A stretch of DNA of 64,000 nt, from the NCBI GenBank assembly GCA_963727445.1, contig CAVSGI010000006.1:730617-794616 (forward strand). The letters are read 5' to 3'. Of this stretch, positions 29,588 to 39,826 are shown piece by piece. Position 1 is the stretch's first letter. Every line of letters begins with the position of its first letter. The notes beneath the pieces were generated by a model, which made no database searches, was not told the origin of the DNA, and saw only the letters and a list, made by a program, of their open reading frames with translations. Both the position numbers and the translations under genes were made by a program. The stretch comes from an uncultured delta proteobacterium. Its GTDB lineage: Bacteria > Myxococcota_A > Polyangia > Polyangiales > B10-G4.

Positions 29588-31161
29588 TGCCAATGCCGCC
29601 CAGTCACACCATCCGCCGGCTTTCCTCCTCAGCCCCTCCCTGCGACGCACCTTCAGTGCGCCTCAGTCGGGGCTTGCGGGGGCGCTCGGCGGCTGGCGCA
29701 ACTGGACGGCATTGGAGCCAGACGCTCTTTCTGCTCCTCGCGCTGTCCGTACTGCCCATCGGCTGCAAGGCCTGCGAAGACGAGGAAGACGGGACGACCG
29801 CCGAGGGCGGCTCCTCCACTTCGGGTGGAGAGAGCACCGGCGGCGGGCTCGAGGCTCCGGACGGCAGCCAGGGTCCCGGCGACGAGGGCTGGGACGGTGA
29901 CGAGGGTGGCGGCGCTGGCGGCGACACCGCTAGCGGCGGGACTCAGAACGGCACCCAGGGCGGCGGCGACGACGCCAGCAGCGCTGGCGGCGAAAGCCCC
30001 TGGGGCTCGCCGGTCACCGAGCAGGGTCGCCCTCTGCCTCCCCGCCGGCCGATGAACAGCGGCGCGCGCAACGCCTATGCCCAGGGGGTCTCCGCGGCAC
30101 AGAGCGGCAACGACGCCGCCGCGGTCCGGGCTTTCGAGCAGGCGCTCTCCGCGGACGGCAACGCCTACAAGGCAGCCTACAACCTCGGGGTGATGGCGGA
30201 CCGCGCCGGCAACGAGCGCCAGGCCCTCGACTACTACCGGCGCGCCCTGCGCATCCTGCCCGACTACGAGCGCGCGGCGCAGGGCATCGTCACCATCCAC
30301 ATCCGCAACAACAACGTCCCCGAGGCGCTCGCTTTCATCGAGCCTCTCGCGCGACAGTGGGTGCGGAACCTCTACCTTCAGGCCCTCTACGCCGAGGTGC
30401 TCGTTCACGCGAATCGCCCGGACGATGCGCTGACCGCGGCCCGCGGCGCGCTTCGGCGCGACGAGCGCTTCGTGCCGGCGATGGTCGCCATCGTCAAAGC
30501 GAGCCTCAAGCAGAACCGCACCGAGCTCGCCGAGGCGATCATCGCGCAGGCGCTCGAGGTCGACGACGACAACGCAGAGCTCCACTACCTCAAGGGCCGG
30601 ATGCTCCTCGAGGAAGAGGGGCGTCAGCGTGATGCGCTGAACGAGCTGAGGCGGGCGGTCACGCTTCGACCCGACTTCGCCGAGGCGCGGATGGCGCTGG
30701 GCATTCAGCTCATGAACGGCGCGAACTACACCGAGGCGCTGCAGCAGTTCCAGGCGGCCGCGGCTCTCGCGCCGACCCTCGTCGCCGTCCACCTCAACCT
30801 GGGCGACGCCTATCGGGCGAACAAGAACTGGCAGCAGGCGAAGGCGAGCTTCGACCGCGCCCTGTCGATGCAGTCGAATCTGCCCGAAGCGCACTTCGAC
30901 CTCGCGCTGATGTACATGAGCGCCGGTGAGGATTTCCCGGGACAGAGCAACCTCGAGTCGCTCCAGAAGGCGGTCGAGGAGTTCAACACGTACCGGAGCA
31001 TGATGGGCCCGAGGCTGCCACGCGACGATCCGTCCGAGGCCTACCTCGAGGACCTGAATCGACAGGTGGAGCGTGAGCAGCGGCGCATCGAGCGCGAAGC
31101 TGCGCGCGCACAGCGCGATGCCGCGCGTACGGGCGCCGAGGGCGGCGACGGAGGTCAGTGA
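29587..31161 (+). CDS. GltE/AglT-like TPR lipoprotein; true start may be slightly downstream
   Basis: Hydrophobic LFLLLALSVLPIGC, Gly/Asp/Glu linker, many TPRs (AAYNLGVM, VHLNLGDAYR, EAHFDLALMY). Position between the GltD-like and GltF-like genes. Confidence 0.8.
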   Translation: MPMPPSHTIRRLSSSAPPCDAPSVRLSRGLRGRSAAGATGRHWSQTLFLLLALSVLPIGCKACEDEEDGTTAEGGSSTSGGESTGGGLEAPDGSQGPGDEGWDGDEGGGAGGDTASGGTQNGTQGGGDDASSAGGESPWGSPVTEQGRPLPPRRPMNSGARNAYAQGVSAAQSGNDAAAVRAFEQALSADGNAYKAAYNLGVMADRAGNERQALDYYRRALRILPDYERAAQGIVTIHIRNNNVPEALAFIEPLARQWVRNLYLQALYAEVLVHANRPDDALTAARGALRRDERFVPAMVAIVKASLKQNRTELAEAIIAQALEVDDDNAELHYLKGRMLLEEEGRQRDALNELRRAVTLRPDFAEARMALGIQLMNGANYTEALQQFQAAAALAPTLVAVHLNLGDAYRANKNWQQAKASFDRALSMQSNLPEAHFDLALMYMSAGEDFPGQSNLESLQKAVEEFNTYRSMMGPRLPRDDPSEAYLEDLNRQVEREQRRIEREAARAQRDAARTGAEGGDGGQ

Positions 31162-31412
31162 TGCGAAGTTTCTTCACGATGGTTCTTGTCGCGGTGGGGC
31201 TCTGCCTCGGCGCCAGCTCTGTTGCCTCGGCCGAAGCGCCGGCCGCGCCCCGGCACATCACCGAGCTGCCGATGACGGTGATCCACGGCGACCTCCAGCG
31301 ACCGATGGCCAGCTACATCCTCACCCGCAGCGGCGACCGCTACGAGGTGCGCGAGCTTCGGACGAGCTTCGTGCGCGAGATCGTGCGAAGCGTCCAGCGG
31401 GAGGAGCTGTGA
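31161..31412 (+). CDS. GltF/CglF-like small secreted protein (copy 1)
   Basis: Signal peptide, VIHGDLQRP...LRTSFVREIVRSV, resembling the GltF IEGxxxKP...F...SV pattern. Confidence 0.75.
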   Translation: MRSFFTMVLVAVGLCLGASSVASAEAPAAPRHITELPMTVIHGDLQRPMASYILTRSGDRYEVRELRTSFVREIVRSVQREEL

Positions 31413-31663
31413 TGAAGACGCGCTTCGTCGGGGCGGTGCTTCTCTTCGCTCTCCTCCTCGGTGCGATCTCGATCGCGAGCGCGCAGCAGAACCAGCGGCG
31501 CCCCCGGGTGATCCAGCTCGACGAGATCCGCATCGAGGGCCGCGTGCAGAAGCCCAACGCCTTCTACATCCTCAACCGCTCGAATCTCGGCTACGAGGTC
31601 ATGGACCTTCGCACCAGCTTCGTGCGTGAGGTGATTCGGTCGGTCCAGCACGACCCCTTCTGA
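31412..31663 (+). CDS. GltF/CglF-like small secreted protein (copy 2)
   Basis: TGATG overlap, signal peptide, LDEIRIEGRVQKP...LRTSFVREVIRSV. Clear paralog of copy 1. Confidence 0.78.
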   Translation: MKTRFVGAVLLFALLLGAISIASAQQNQRRPRVIQLDEIRIEGRVQKPNAFYILNRSNLGYEVMDLRTSFVREVIRSVQHDPF

Positions 31664-31834
31664 TGTGATGGCGCCCAGGCACGCCACTCGGCGGCTTACC
31701 TCCTCGGCGCCTCCCTGCGAAATACCTCCGGTATTCCTCGGTCGGCGCCTGTCAGTGGGGGGCTGCTCGCCCCCCTCGAGCCCCCTCGGGGGGCGCTCGC
31801 CGACTGACGTACCTGAACGCCATCACCCGAAACG

Positions 31835-32422
31835 GTGATTCAGCCGATTCACATACTGCAGTTGCTGCTCGCCGTGGCCGCGATCGGGGTGGTGGCGGAG
31901 CGGTGCCGGGCGCTCCTCTTTCGGGCGCCGGTGGACACGAAGCCCTTCCTGAAGGCGATCGACCGTGCCGTGGAAGACGGGGACGTCGACGACGCGCGGG
32001 CGCTGGCGAAGGCCGGGGCGCCGGCCTGGGTTCCGGAGGTGGTGAGCCTCTGCCTGGCAGGGGAGGGCATGGAGGCCCTCGAGCGGGCGAGCGACCTCCG
32101 ATACGAGGCGACCAAGCGGCTCTATGCGCTGCGGGTCTTCGCGAGCCTGGGCACGGCCCTCGGCTTCTTGGGAGCCCTGGTGGAGCTCATCTGGCTAATG
32201 TCGGGGGATCACGGGCTCTTGGCGCTCCAAGCTGGGCTGGTCGAGAGGATCGCGATGGAGCGGGCGATCCTGGCGATGGCGATCGGGGTGGCCATCAGCG
32301 TCTTTTCCCTGGTCTCGCTGTCGATTCTGAAGAAGGCAGCCATGGGGCTCGTTCGGGACGTCAGCCGAGCCCTCGATCTCCTGGAAAGACACGGTTTTGC
32401 TTCTTCCGAGATTCCCGCGTGA
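31835..32422 (+). CDS. Degenerate MotA/TolQ/ExbB (AglR-like) membrane protein
   Basis: TM1 ending VAER, cytoplasmic helices, TM2 ASLGTALGFLGAL, TM3 AILAMAIGVAISVF. Confidence 0.7.
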   Translation: MIQPIHILQLLLAVAAIGVVAERCRALLFRAPVDTKPFLKAIDRAVEDGDVDDARALAKAGAPAWVPEVVSLCLAGEGMEALERASDLRYEATKRLYALRVFASLGTALGFLGALVELIWLMSGDHGLLALQAGLVERIAMERAILAMAIGVAISVFSLVSLSILKKAAMGLVRDVSRALDLLERHGFASSEIPA

Positions 32423-32514
32423 TCGGGCTTCATGATAGGGTTCGGGAACTTTCGGGCGGGCCCGCTGTCTGAACCCCTCGGAGGACCGGGCTGACCTTGG
32501 AGATCACAGGATAG

Positions 32515-33957
32515 ATGGCGAATCCTCCCCAACAACAGCAGCGAGCCGGAGGCGGCAAACCCGGCGCGATGACCATGGCCATGCGGGCGGTCCAGGTGGC
32601 CCCCACCGGCCCGAAGGTCCTGCGGATCGGCCTGATTCAGAGCGGCAAGATCGTCGAAGAGCGCATCATTCGTAAGCGCGAGACGGTCTCCGTCGGCCCC
32701 TCCGAGAAGAACCACTTCATCGTCCAGGCGACCAGCCTGCCGTCGCGCTTCGAGCTCTTTCAGCTCGTCGGCAACGACTACATCCTGAACTTCACCGCCG
32801 ACATGAAGGGGCGCGTCGCGCTCCCCGGCGGCGTGCAGGATCTCGACACCCTCCGCAGCAGCGGCGGCGCGCGCAACGCGGGCACGCACTTCCAGGTCAA
32901 GCTCAACGACAACTCGCGTGGCAAGGTCACGATCGGCAACACGACGCTGCTCTTCCAGTTCGTCGTGCCGCCGCCGGTGCAGCCGCGACCGCAGCTTCCC
33001 GCCGCGGCGCGAGGTGGCTTCGTCAAGGGGATCGACTGGATGTTCACGGCCTTCGTCGTGTTCAGCTACATGATCTTCTTCGGCTTCATCGTCTATCTGG
33101 AGAGCGCCGACTGGCCCATCCAACAGGGGATCTCGGCGATCCCGGACGAGTTCTCGAACCTGATCCTCGACGAGCCCGAGCCGCCGCCCGAAGAGACGAA
33201 CGCCGAGGTGACCGAGGAAGAGGTGACCGAAGAGGAAGCCGAAGAGGTCGCCGAGACCAACACCACGCCGACGAACAACCAGCAGGAATCGAACAACAAC
33301 GCCCAGGCGCAGGCCGAGGCCCAGGCGCGCATCAGTCAGGAGGCGCGGGCGCAGGCCGAGGCGCTCCTGCTCGGCGCGCTGGGTGAGGGTGGGGCGCTCA
33401 CCGACGTCCTCGCTGGCGGCCAGGTCACCACCAACGCCGCCGACGTCCTCGCGCAGGCCGAAGGTGTGGGCGTCGCCACGACCCAGGGCGGCCAGCTCCG
33501 CACCCGCAGCGGCGGTGGCGGCTCTGGCGAGGGGGGCGGCCTCGGTCAGCTCGCCGCGTCCCGGGGCGGCAACATGGCTCAGTCGGAGGGCACGCAGATC
33601 GTCGAGCGGCGCATCCGCGGCAACGTCAATTTCGGCTCCGGTGACGAGATCGGCGGCTGCGGCGTCTTCGACCAGGCCCAGGTCGTCCGGATGATCCGCA
33701 GCCGTCAAAGCGCATTCCGCCGCTGCTACGAAAACGCCCTCAGGAACAACCCGACCCTCAACGGCCGCGTCTCCGTCCAGTTCACCATCCAGGAGCGAGG
33801 CAACGTCAGCGGCGCCCGCGCCACGGAAAACACCACTGGAGACGCGGGCTTGGCCAGCTGCGTCGTCGGCGTCATCAACCGCCTCAGGTGGCGAGAGGGC
33901 CCCGAGGGCGGCAGCGTGCAGTTCAGCTACCCGTTCATCTTCGCGCCGCAGAACTAG
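32515..33957 (+). CDS. GltG/PglI-like protein (FHA-like N-terminus, transmembrane helix, AgmX/PglI TonB-like C-terminal domain)
   Basis: VLRIGLIQSGKIVEERII...RGKVTIGNTTLLFQFV, a transmembrane helix, and C-terminal FRRCYENALRNNPTLNGRVSVQFTI...CVVGVI...FSYPFIF. Confidence 0.88.
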   Translation: MANPPQQQQRAGGGKPGAMTMAMRAVQVAPTGPKVLRIGLIQSGKIVEERIIRKRETVSVGPSEKNHFIVQATSLPSRFELFQLVGNDYILNFTADMKGRVALPGGVQDLDTLRSSGGARNAGTHFQVKLNDNSRGKVTIGNTTLLFQFVVPPPVQPRPQLPAAARGGFVKGIDWMFTAFVVFSYMIFFGFIVYLESADWPIQQGISAIPDEFSNLILDEPEPPPEETNAEVTEEEVTEEEAEEVAETNTTPTNNQQESNNNAQAQAEAQARISQEARAQAEALLLGALGEGGALTDVLAGGQVTTNAADVLAQAEGVGVATTQGGQLRTRSGGGGSGEGGGLGQLAASRGGNMAQSEGTQIVERRIRGNVNFGSGDEIGGCGVFDQAQVVRMIRSRQSAFRRCYENALRNNPTLNGRVSVQFTIQERGNVSGARATENTTGDAGLASCVVGVINRLRWREGPEGGSVQFSYPFIFAPQN

Positions 33958-34108
33958 CTACAGTCGGGCCGCTCCTGAACCACGGCGCACCTCTGGGCAA
34001 CCACTGGGGCTGATGCGCACGCGTCATCGGGTTGATTCTCAAGTCGACCCCTTGTCAGAGTGCCCGTCCCCTCATCGATAAGGTCATGATTTCCCGAGGA
34101 ATCCCGTG

Positions 34109-34897
34109 ATGGATCCAGCGCGTACCAAGGTCGTCATCCTAGCCGGAGGGCTTGGCACTCGGCTCGCCGAAGAGACCGACATCCGCCCGAAACCGATGGT
34201 CGAGATCGGTGGGCGCCCAATCCTCTGGCACATCATGAAGGCCTTCAGCCACTTCGGCTTCAAGGACTTCTACATCGCCCTCGGCTACAAGGGTGACTAC
34301 ATCAAGCGCTACTTCGTCGACTACACGAATCTCCAGGGCTCGATGACCGTGGACCTGGGGAGTGGGGAGGTCGTTCGCCGGCATGCGCCGGACGAAGATT
34401 GGCAGGTGCACCTCATCGAGACAGGGTACGCGACTAACACTGGTGGCCGGGTCAGGCGTCTCGAACCGTACTTGAAGGAAGGTCCGTTCATCGTCACCTA
34501 CGGTGACGGGGTTGCTGATATCGACGTCAAGGCGCTCACCGAATTTCACGAGAGAACCAATACCATCGCGACGGTGAGCGCTGTGCGCCCTCCGGCGCGG
34601 TTCGGAGGGATTCTCTTCGACGGCGACCTCGTGAGGAACTTCACCGAGAAGCCACAGGTCGGCGAAGGATGGATCAACGGTGGGTTCATGGTGCTCGAGC
34701 CGGCCGTCTTCGATTACTTGGATGGTGACGACACGAGCCTCGAAGCGCATGCACTCGAGCGGCTGGCGGGCGAACGGCAGCTGTCTGCTTACCGGCACGA
34801 GGGCTTCTGGCAGTGCATGGACACTCTCCGGGACAAGCAGTTGTTGGAACGCTACTGGGCCAACAATGACGCGCCATGGCAGTTTTGGGTCCGATGA
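34109..34897 (+). CDS. rfbF: Glucose-1-phosphate cytidylyltransferase
   Basis: [57 protein letters not shown]. Confidence 0.95.
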   Translation: MDPARTKVVILAGGLGTRLAEETDIRPKPMVEIGGRPILWHIMKAFSHFGFKDFYIALGYKGDYIKRYFVDYTNLQGSMTVDLGSGEVVRRHAPDEDWQVHLIETGYATNTGGRVRRLEPYLKEGPFIVTYGDGVADIDVKALTEFHERTNTIATVSAVRPPARFGGILFDGDLVRNFTEKPQVGEGWINGGFMVLEPAVFDYLDGDDTSLEAHALERLAGERQLSAYRHEGFWQCMDTLRDKQLLERYWANNDAPWQFWVR

Positions 34898-35871
34898 CCA
34901 CTGCATTTTGGCTGGACAGACCGGTCCTCGTCACTGGAGCGACCGGACTCGTCGGCAATTGGCTCACTGCCGCTTTGGTGGAAGCTGGGGCGGACGTGAC
35001 GGCGCTCGTCCGAGACTGGGTTCCCAAGAGCGAGCTGGTGCGCTCTGGAATGATCGAGCGGGTCAACGTCGTTCGGGGCGACGTGCGAGACCAGGCCCTT
35101 CTCGAGCGCGTGCTCGGGGAGAACGAGATCAGCGTCGTCATCCACCTCGCAGCGCAGACGATAGTCGGAATCGCAAACCGCAACCCGGTCTCGACTTTCG
35201 AAACCAACATCGCGGGAACGTGGTCTCTCCTCGAGGCGTGTCGACGGAGCCCGAAAGTGAGCCAGATCGTCGTCGCTTCGTCGGACAAGGCCTATGGGGA
35301 TCAGGAAAAGCTGCCCTATGACGAGTCCTGCCCTCTGCAGGGCCGCCACCCATACGATGTCAGCAAGAGCTGCGCAGATCTAATTTCCCTGAGCTACGCG
35401 CACACGTACGAGTTGCCGGTTTGCATTACCCGCTGCGGCAACTTTTACGGCGGTGGGGACCTGAACTGGAACCGCATCATTCCGGGAACAATCCGTTCGA
35501 TCATCCGGGGAGAGCGCCCGATCATCCGGTCCGACGGAAAGTTCGTGCGCGACTACTTCTACGTCGAGGACGGCGCACACGCGTACATGTGGCTCGCCGA
35601 GAAGATGTCCCAGGATCCTTCACTGCATGGCGAAGCGTTCAACTTCTCCAACGAGATTCGCGTCGACGTACTCGAGATCGTTGGACGCATTCGAGAGGTG
35701 ATGGGATCGGAGCTAGAGCCTGAGATCCTCAACGAGGCATCGAACGAGATCCGTGTCCAGTATCTCGACTCCGGTAAGGCGCGAAAGCTGCTGGGCTGGT
35801 CCCCACGCTTCGACTTGGACAAAGGCCTCCAGCGGACCGTGTCCTGGTACCGCAACGTCCTGGGTGCGTAA
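34894..35871 (+). CDS. rfbG: CDP-glucose 4,6-dehydratase-like SDR
   Basis: FW...[42 protein letters not shown]-coupled to rfbF. Confidence 0.8.
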   Translation: MTTAFWLDRPVLVTGATGLVGNWLTAALVEAGADVTALVRDWVPKSELVRSGMIERVNVVRGDVRDQALLERVLGENEISVVIHLAAQTIVGIANRNPVSTFETNIAGTWSLLEACRRSPKVSQIVVASSDKAYGDQEKLPYDESCPLQGRHPYDVSKSCADLISLSYAHTYELPVCITRCGNFYGGGDLNWNRIIPGTIRSIIRGERPIIRSDGKFVRDYFYVEDGAHAYMWLAEKMSQDPSLHGEAFNFSNEIRVDVLEIVGRIREVMGSELEPEILNEASNEIRVQYLDSGKARKLLGWSPRFDLDKGLQRTVSWYRNVLGA

Positions 35872-37115
35872 TGGGCACTTGGTCGAATCGAGAAGACCAT
35901 TGTCGCATCTGTGAGGGAAGCGACCTCGTGCCGCTGCTCTCTTTGGGTGAGACTCCCCTCGCGAACCGCCTCTTGACGCCCGAAACGCTGGAGGAGCCGG
36001 AGCCCACCTTCCCGCTGGAACTGGTCTTCTGTCCTCAGTGCTCGCTCGTACAGATCACCGAGACCGTCGACCCAGAACTGCTCTTTGGGCACTATCTCTA
36101 CTTGTCGTCCTTCTCGGACACCATGGTTCGACACGCCGAAGAGCTGGTCGACCGATTGGTGCGCGAGCGGCGACTCGGGCCGTCGTCGCTTGCTGCGGAA
36201 GTCGCAAGTAACGATGGGTATCTCCTACAGCACTACGTTAACCGCGGGGTTCAGGTGCTCGGCATCGAGCCCGCCAGGAATATCGCCGCGGTGGCGGAAG
36301 AGAAGGGGATCCGCACTCGATCAATATTCTTCGGAAAGGACGCGGCGTTGGATTTGGTGGCCGAAGGGTTTGCCCCCGACGTAATCCACGCCAATAACGT
36401 CCTCGCACACGTCGCGGACCTTCGCGGAGTCGCTGCGGGTTTCAAGATCCTTCTCGCTGATGGTGGTGTGGTCATCATCGAAGCTCCATACGTGAAGCCG
36501 ATGCTCGACCATTGCGAATTCGACACCATCTACCACGAGCATCTCTGCTACTTCTCACTGCGGGCGGTCGAGACGCTCTTCGCCCAACAAGATATGGTGG
36601 TCACGCACGTGGAGCGCTTGGCGATTCATGGTGGGTCGATTCGCTACTACGTGGCCCACGAGACGGCTGAGACTGTACCTTCCGAGGCGCTGGAGGCGCT
36701 TCGCGCCGAGGAGGAGTCGTGGGGCGTGGACAGCGTTGACGCATATCTGGACTTCGCCAAGAAGGTGGAGACGCTCAGGAGGGAACTGTCTGCACTCCTT
36801 CTCCGACTCAGGAACCAGGGGAAGCGCATTGCGGCCTACGGAGCGGCGGCGAAGGGCAGCACCCTGCTCAACTACTGTCGGCTTCCGGCCGGGACGCTGA
36901 CGTTCGTTGCGGATCGCTCCACGGTGAAGCAAGGACACTTTATGCCCGGCGTGAGGCTCCCAATCCGATCGCCGGACGCGTTGCTCCAGGAGCGTCCAGA
37001 CTATGTGCTCCTGCTGGTGTGGAACTTCGCTGAAGAGGTCATGAAGCAGCAAGCCGAGTACCGCGCAGGTGGAGGACGATTCATCATTCCGGTGCCGTCG
37101 CCCCGAGTGGTGTGA
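35871..37115 (+). CDS. NDP-hexose C-methyltransferase (Zn-binding N-terminus, SAM domain)
   Basis: CRIC...CPQCSLVQ, EVASNDGYLL, ANNVLAHV, FDTIYHEH, YGAAAKGSTLLNY, WNF. Confidence 0.9.
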   Translation: MGTWSNREDHCRICEGSDLVPLLSLGETPLANRLLTPETLEEPEPTFPLELVFCPQCSLVQITETVDPELLFGHYLYLSSFSDTMVRHAEELVDRLVRERRLGPSSLAAEVASNDGYLLQHYVNRGVQVLGIEPARNIAAVAEEKGIRTRSIFFGKDAALDLVAEGFAPDVIHANNVLAHVADLRGVAAGFKILLADGGVVIIEAPYVKPMLDHCEFDTIYHEHLCYFSLRAVETLFAQQDMVVTHVERLAIHGGSIRYYVAHETAETVPSEALEALRAEEESWGVDSVDAYLDFAKKVETLRRELSALLLRLRNQGKRIAAYGAAAKGSTLLNYCRLPAGTLTFVADRSTVKQGHFMPGVRLPIRSPDALLQERPDYVLLLVWNFAEEVMKQQAEYRAGGGRFIIPVPSPRVV

Positions 37116-37117
37116 CC

Positions 37118-37657
37118 ATGCGGTTCGTCGAAACGACTCTCGCTGGGGCCTACGTGGTGGAGGTCGAGCCCCAAGAAGATGAACGGGGACTCTTTGCGCG
37201 CACCTTCTGTGCGAATGAGATGCGCTCCGCCGGGCTCGACCCGCGTTGTGTGCAATGCAACGTCTCCTTCAACGCGCGTGGCGGCACCCTTCGCGGCATG
37301 CACTGGCAGGCCGCTCCTCATGGCGAGATCAAGTTGGTGCGCTGCACGTCAGGGCGGATATTCGACGTTATCGTCGATATTCGCCGGAGCTCCGACTCCT
37401 TCTTGCAGTGGTTCGGGGTCGAACTCAGTGCCGACAAGAGAAACGCTCTCTACGTCCCACGAGGCTTTGCTCACGGATTTCAGACCCTGGTTGATGCGAG
37501 CGAGGTCTTTTATCAAATGTCGGAGTACTACCAACCAGGGTTGTCACGTGGAGCGCGCTACGACGATCCCGAAATCGGAATCGAGTGGCCGGCTGACGTG
37601 AGTGTCATCTCCGAACGTGATGCGGCGCATTCCGGTTTTCGCGAGGCTATCGACTGA
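37118..37657 (+). CDS. rfbC: NDP-4-keto-6-deoxyhexose 3,5-epimerase (RmlC family)
   Basis: DERGLFAR, GTLRGMHWQ, KLVRC, LYVPRGFAHGFQTL, DDPEIGIEWP. Confidence 0.92.
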   Translation: MRFVETTLAGAYVVEVEPQEDERGLFARTFCANEMRSAGLDPRCVQCNVSFNARGGTLRGMHWQAAPHGEIKLVRCTSGRIFDVIVDIRRSSDSFLQWFGVELSADKRNALYVPRGFAHGFQTLVDASEVFYQMSEYYQPGLSRGARYDDPEIGIEWPADVSVISERDAAHSGFREAID

Positions 37658-37668
37658 GTGCGAGATCG

Positions 37669-38904
37669 ATGGTGACCTCAACCAAATCCGAAGACTGTCC
37701 CCTGCTTTCGCTCGTTGTGCCCACGCGCAATCGCGCGGAAGCAGCCGTGTCCGCCGTTCGGTCCGCTTTGCGGATGGACGAAGAGCGCCTGGAGATCGTG
37801 GTTCAGGACGCGAGCGACGTCGATGTCGTCGGGCAGCACTTGTCGGGAGTCGAGGATGTCCGAGTCCGCTACTTCTTCGATGGCCCCAGCGACGGGATGA
37901 CTCATAACTGGAATCGAGCCGTTCCTCGGTTGCGCGGCAAGTACGTAACCTTCATCGGCGATGACGATGGGGTCGATCTGGCCTTTATGGATCTCGTTCG
38001 CTGGCTCGATCGACACGAGTTGCCAGCGGCCGCGTTTCACTTCTCAAAGTACTTTTGGCCCAACGTTCCCAGTGCAACTCACCAGGGGCGTGTCTGGATC
38101 CAGCAGGGCCACACGGCGGAGTTGACCTTCAGGGACTCGCGAACGGACACCTTGCACGCTATGCGCGGCGGTGACCTCTCCTCACGTTACTATCGCTTGC
38201 TGCCGAGGGTTTACCACGGCGTGGTTCGTCGAGACGTCTTCATGGAGATAGGTCGACGCAACGGAACCTGCTTCGCCAGCGCGAACCCCGATTGGTTCGT
38301 CGCCTGGTCACTATCCCCAAAGATCCGGCGCCTCGCGTTCTTCGATTATCCATTCACCATCGACGGCAAGTGCGCCCAGTCGAACAGCGGGCGAAATATG
38401 ACTCGCGAGTCCAAAGAAGCGCTTCTCGAGGAGTTTTCCTCACATTCTTTTGTCGAGCAGGTTCCGCGAACTCCGATTACGAGCCCACTGCAACATAAGC
38501 TGGACTCGGTTGCGCGGGCGTTGCTCGCCGCCGGGGAGGAACGACTTCTCGAGGAATTTTCGTACCCGAAGTGGTTTGCCGCGACCTGCGCGGAGCGGCC
38601 CGACTACGCGCTCCAGATGCTACGTTTGTTCGCGGACTCCCTTCAAGGCTTGGATCAGAACGAGCGGGCCGGCCGGCTGCGCGAGTTTGGTCAGGGAGCC
38701 CGGATCTTTTGGGCCGACCGTGTGAGCGGCGCCCTGAACGGATACGTCCGCAGTCGGGGATCCGTCAATCCTTTGGGTGGGCGGCGTTTCGACCCGCACC
38801 GCGCTCTCGACATCGAAGCTGCCGTCGCCGTGCAGAATCGACGACTGGAAGAAGAGGGTGTATTGGATCGGCTCGCAGCCACGCTCGAGACCGCGCCGGT
38901 TTAG
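37669..38904 (+). CDS. Glycosyltransferase family 2
   Basis: LSLVVPTRNR, EIVVQDAS, NWN, GKYVTFIGDDD. Confidence 0.85.
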   Translation: MVTSTKSEDCPLLSLVVPTRNRAEAAVSAVRSALRMDEERLEIVVQDASDVDVVGQHLSGVEDVRVRYFFDGPSDGMTHNWNRAVPRLRGKYVTFIGDDDGVDLAFMDLVRWLDRHELPAAAFHFSKYFWPNVPSATHQGRVWIQQGHTAELTFRDSRTDTLHAMRGGDLSSRYYRLLPRVYHGVVRRDVFMEIGRRNGTCFASANPDWFVAWSLSPKIRRLAFFDYPFTIDGKCAQSNSGRNMTRESKEALLEEFSSHSFVEQVPRTPITSPLQHKLDSVARALLAAGEERLLEEFSYPKWFAATCAERPDYALQMLRLFADSLQGLDQNERAGRLREFGQGARIFWADRVSGALNGYVRSRGSVNPLGGRRFDPHRALDIEAAVAVQNRRLEEEGVLDRLAATLETAPV

Positions 38905-38912
38905 GAGAGTCG

Positions 38913-39818
38913 GTGCGCTTACTGGTCACGGGAGGAACGGGGTTCATCGGATCCAACGTAGTACGACGTGCACTCGCGCGAGGCGATCGAGTTGCGGTCT
39001 TGTGTCGTTCGGATGAAGGACGGGTGCCTGCGGGGGCGGAGGTGTTCTCAGGCAGCATGGAGGCGCCTCCTTGGCGCATTATTCGCGACTTCCGGCCGGA
39101 CGCGATCGTCCACGCGGCGTGGATCGCGACTCCCGGCGTCTACATGACGTCACCCATGAACCGGAAGCATCTGGAGTGGAGTGAGACTTTCCTGACCGAA
39201 TTGCTGGCCCTCGCGCCTTCGACGGTGACCGTGCTGAGCACCTGTGCCGAGTACCAATGGGGGCCGAAGCCTCTCCGAGAAGACTCGCCCTTGTTGCCCG
39301 ATAGTCCGTACGCCGAGGCGAAGATCGAGCTCCACCGGCGGGTCGTGCCGCGGTATCTGGAGATGGGGATCCCTCTTTCGTGGGCACGCGTTTTCTATCC
39401 GTACGGTGTCGGCGAGCCCCCGAGCAAACTCAGTTCTGCGATGGCGTCTCGACTGCTCGCAGGCGAGACGGTCGCCATCAGGACTCCAAGCGCGCGCAAA
39501 GACTTCATCCAGGTCGACGATCTCGCGCGCGCAATCCTGTGTGTCGTCGACAGCGCAGCGCGAGGGCCAATCAACCTCGGCACGGGTGTCGGCGTGTCCA
39601 TCCTCGATTTCGTACGCACCATCGCAGCGGTTGCCGGGATCGAAGCCGAACGCGTGGAAATTGCGCCGGACGCAGTCGACGCACCGGACACGGTGGCCGA
39701 TGTGTCCAGATTGTCGAAGTTGAGCTTCGAGCATCGTGTTGGACTGGAATCAGGTCTTGCCGAGCTTGTCGCCGCACTGCGCTCGCACACGGGTCTCAAT
39801 GACCTTCTGCAAGGATAG
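38913..39818 (+). CDS. NAD-dependent epimerase/reductase (extended SDR)
   Basis: AGGAG RBS, LLVTGGTGFIG, HAAW, TCAEY, YAEAK (YxxxK). Confidence 0.88.
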   Translation: MRLLVTGGTGFIGSNVVRRALARGDRVAVLCRSDEGRVPAGAEVFSGSMEAPPWRIIRDFRPDAIVHAAWIATPGVYMTSPMNRKHLEWSETFLTELLALAPSTVTVLSTCAEYQWGPKPLREDSPLLPDSPYAEAKIELHRRVVPRYLEMGIPLSWARVFYPYGVGEPPSKLSSAMASRLLAGETVAIRTPSARKDFIQVDDLARAILCVVDSAARGPINLGTGVGVSILDFVRTIAAVAGIEAERVEIAPDAVDAPDTVADVSRLSKLSFEHRVGLESGLAELVAALRSHTGLNDLLQG

Positions 39819-39826
39819 ATAGAGAA

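Noticed and set aside
33958..34108. ops/JUMPStart element or mobile-element end at the polysaccharide boundary
   Set aside because: No GGCGGTAG motif, terminal repeat, tRNA or integrase was seen.
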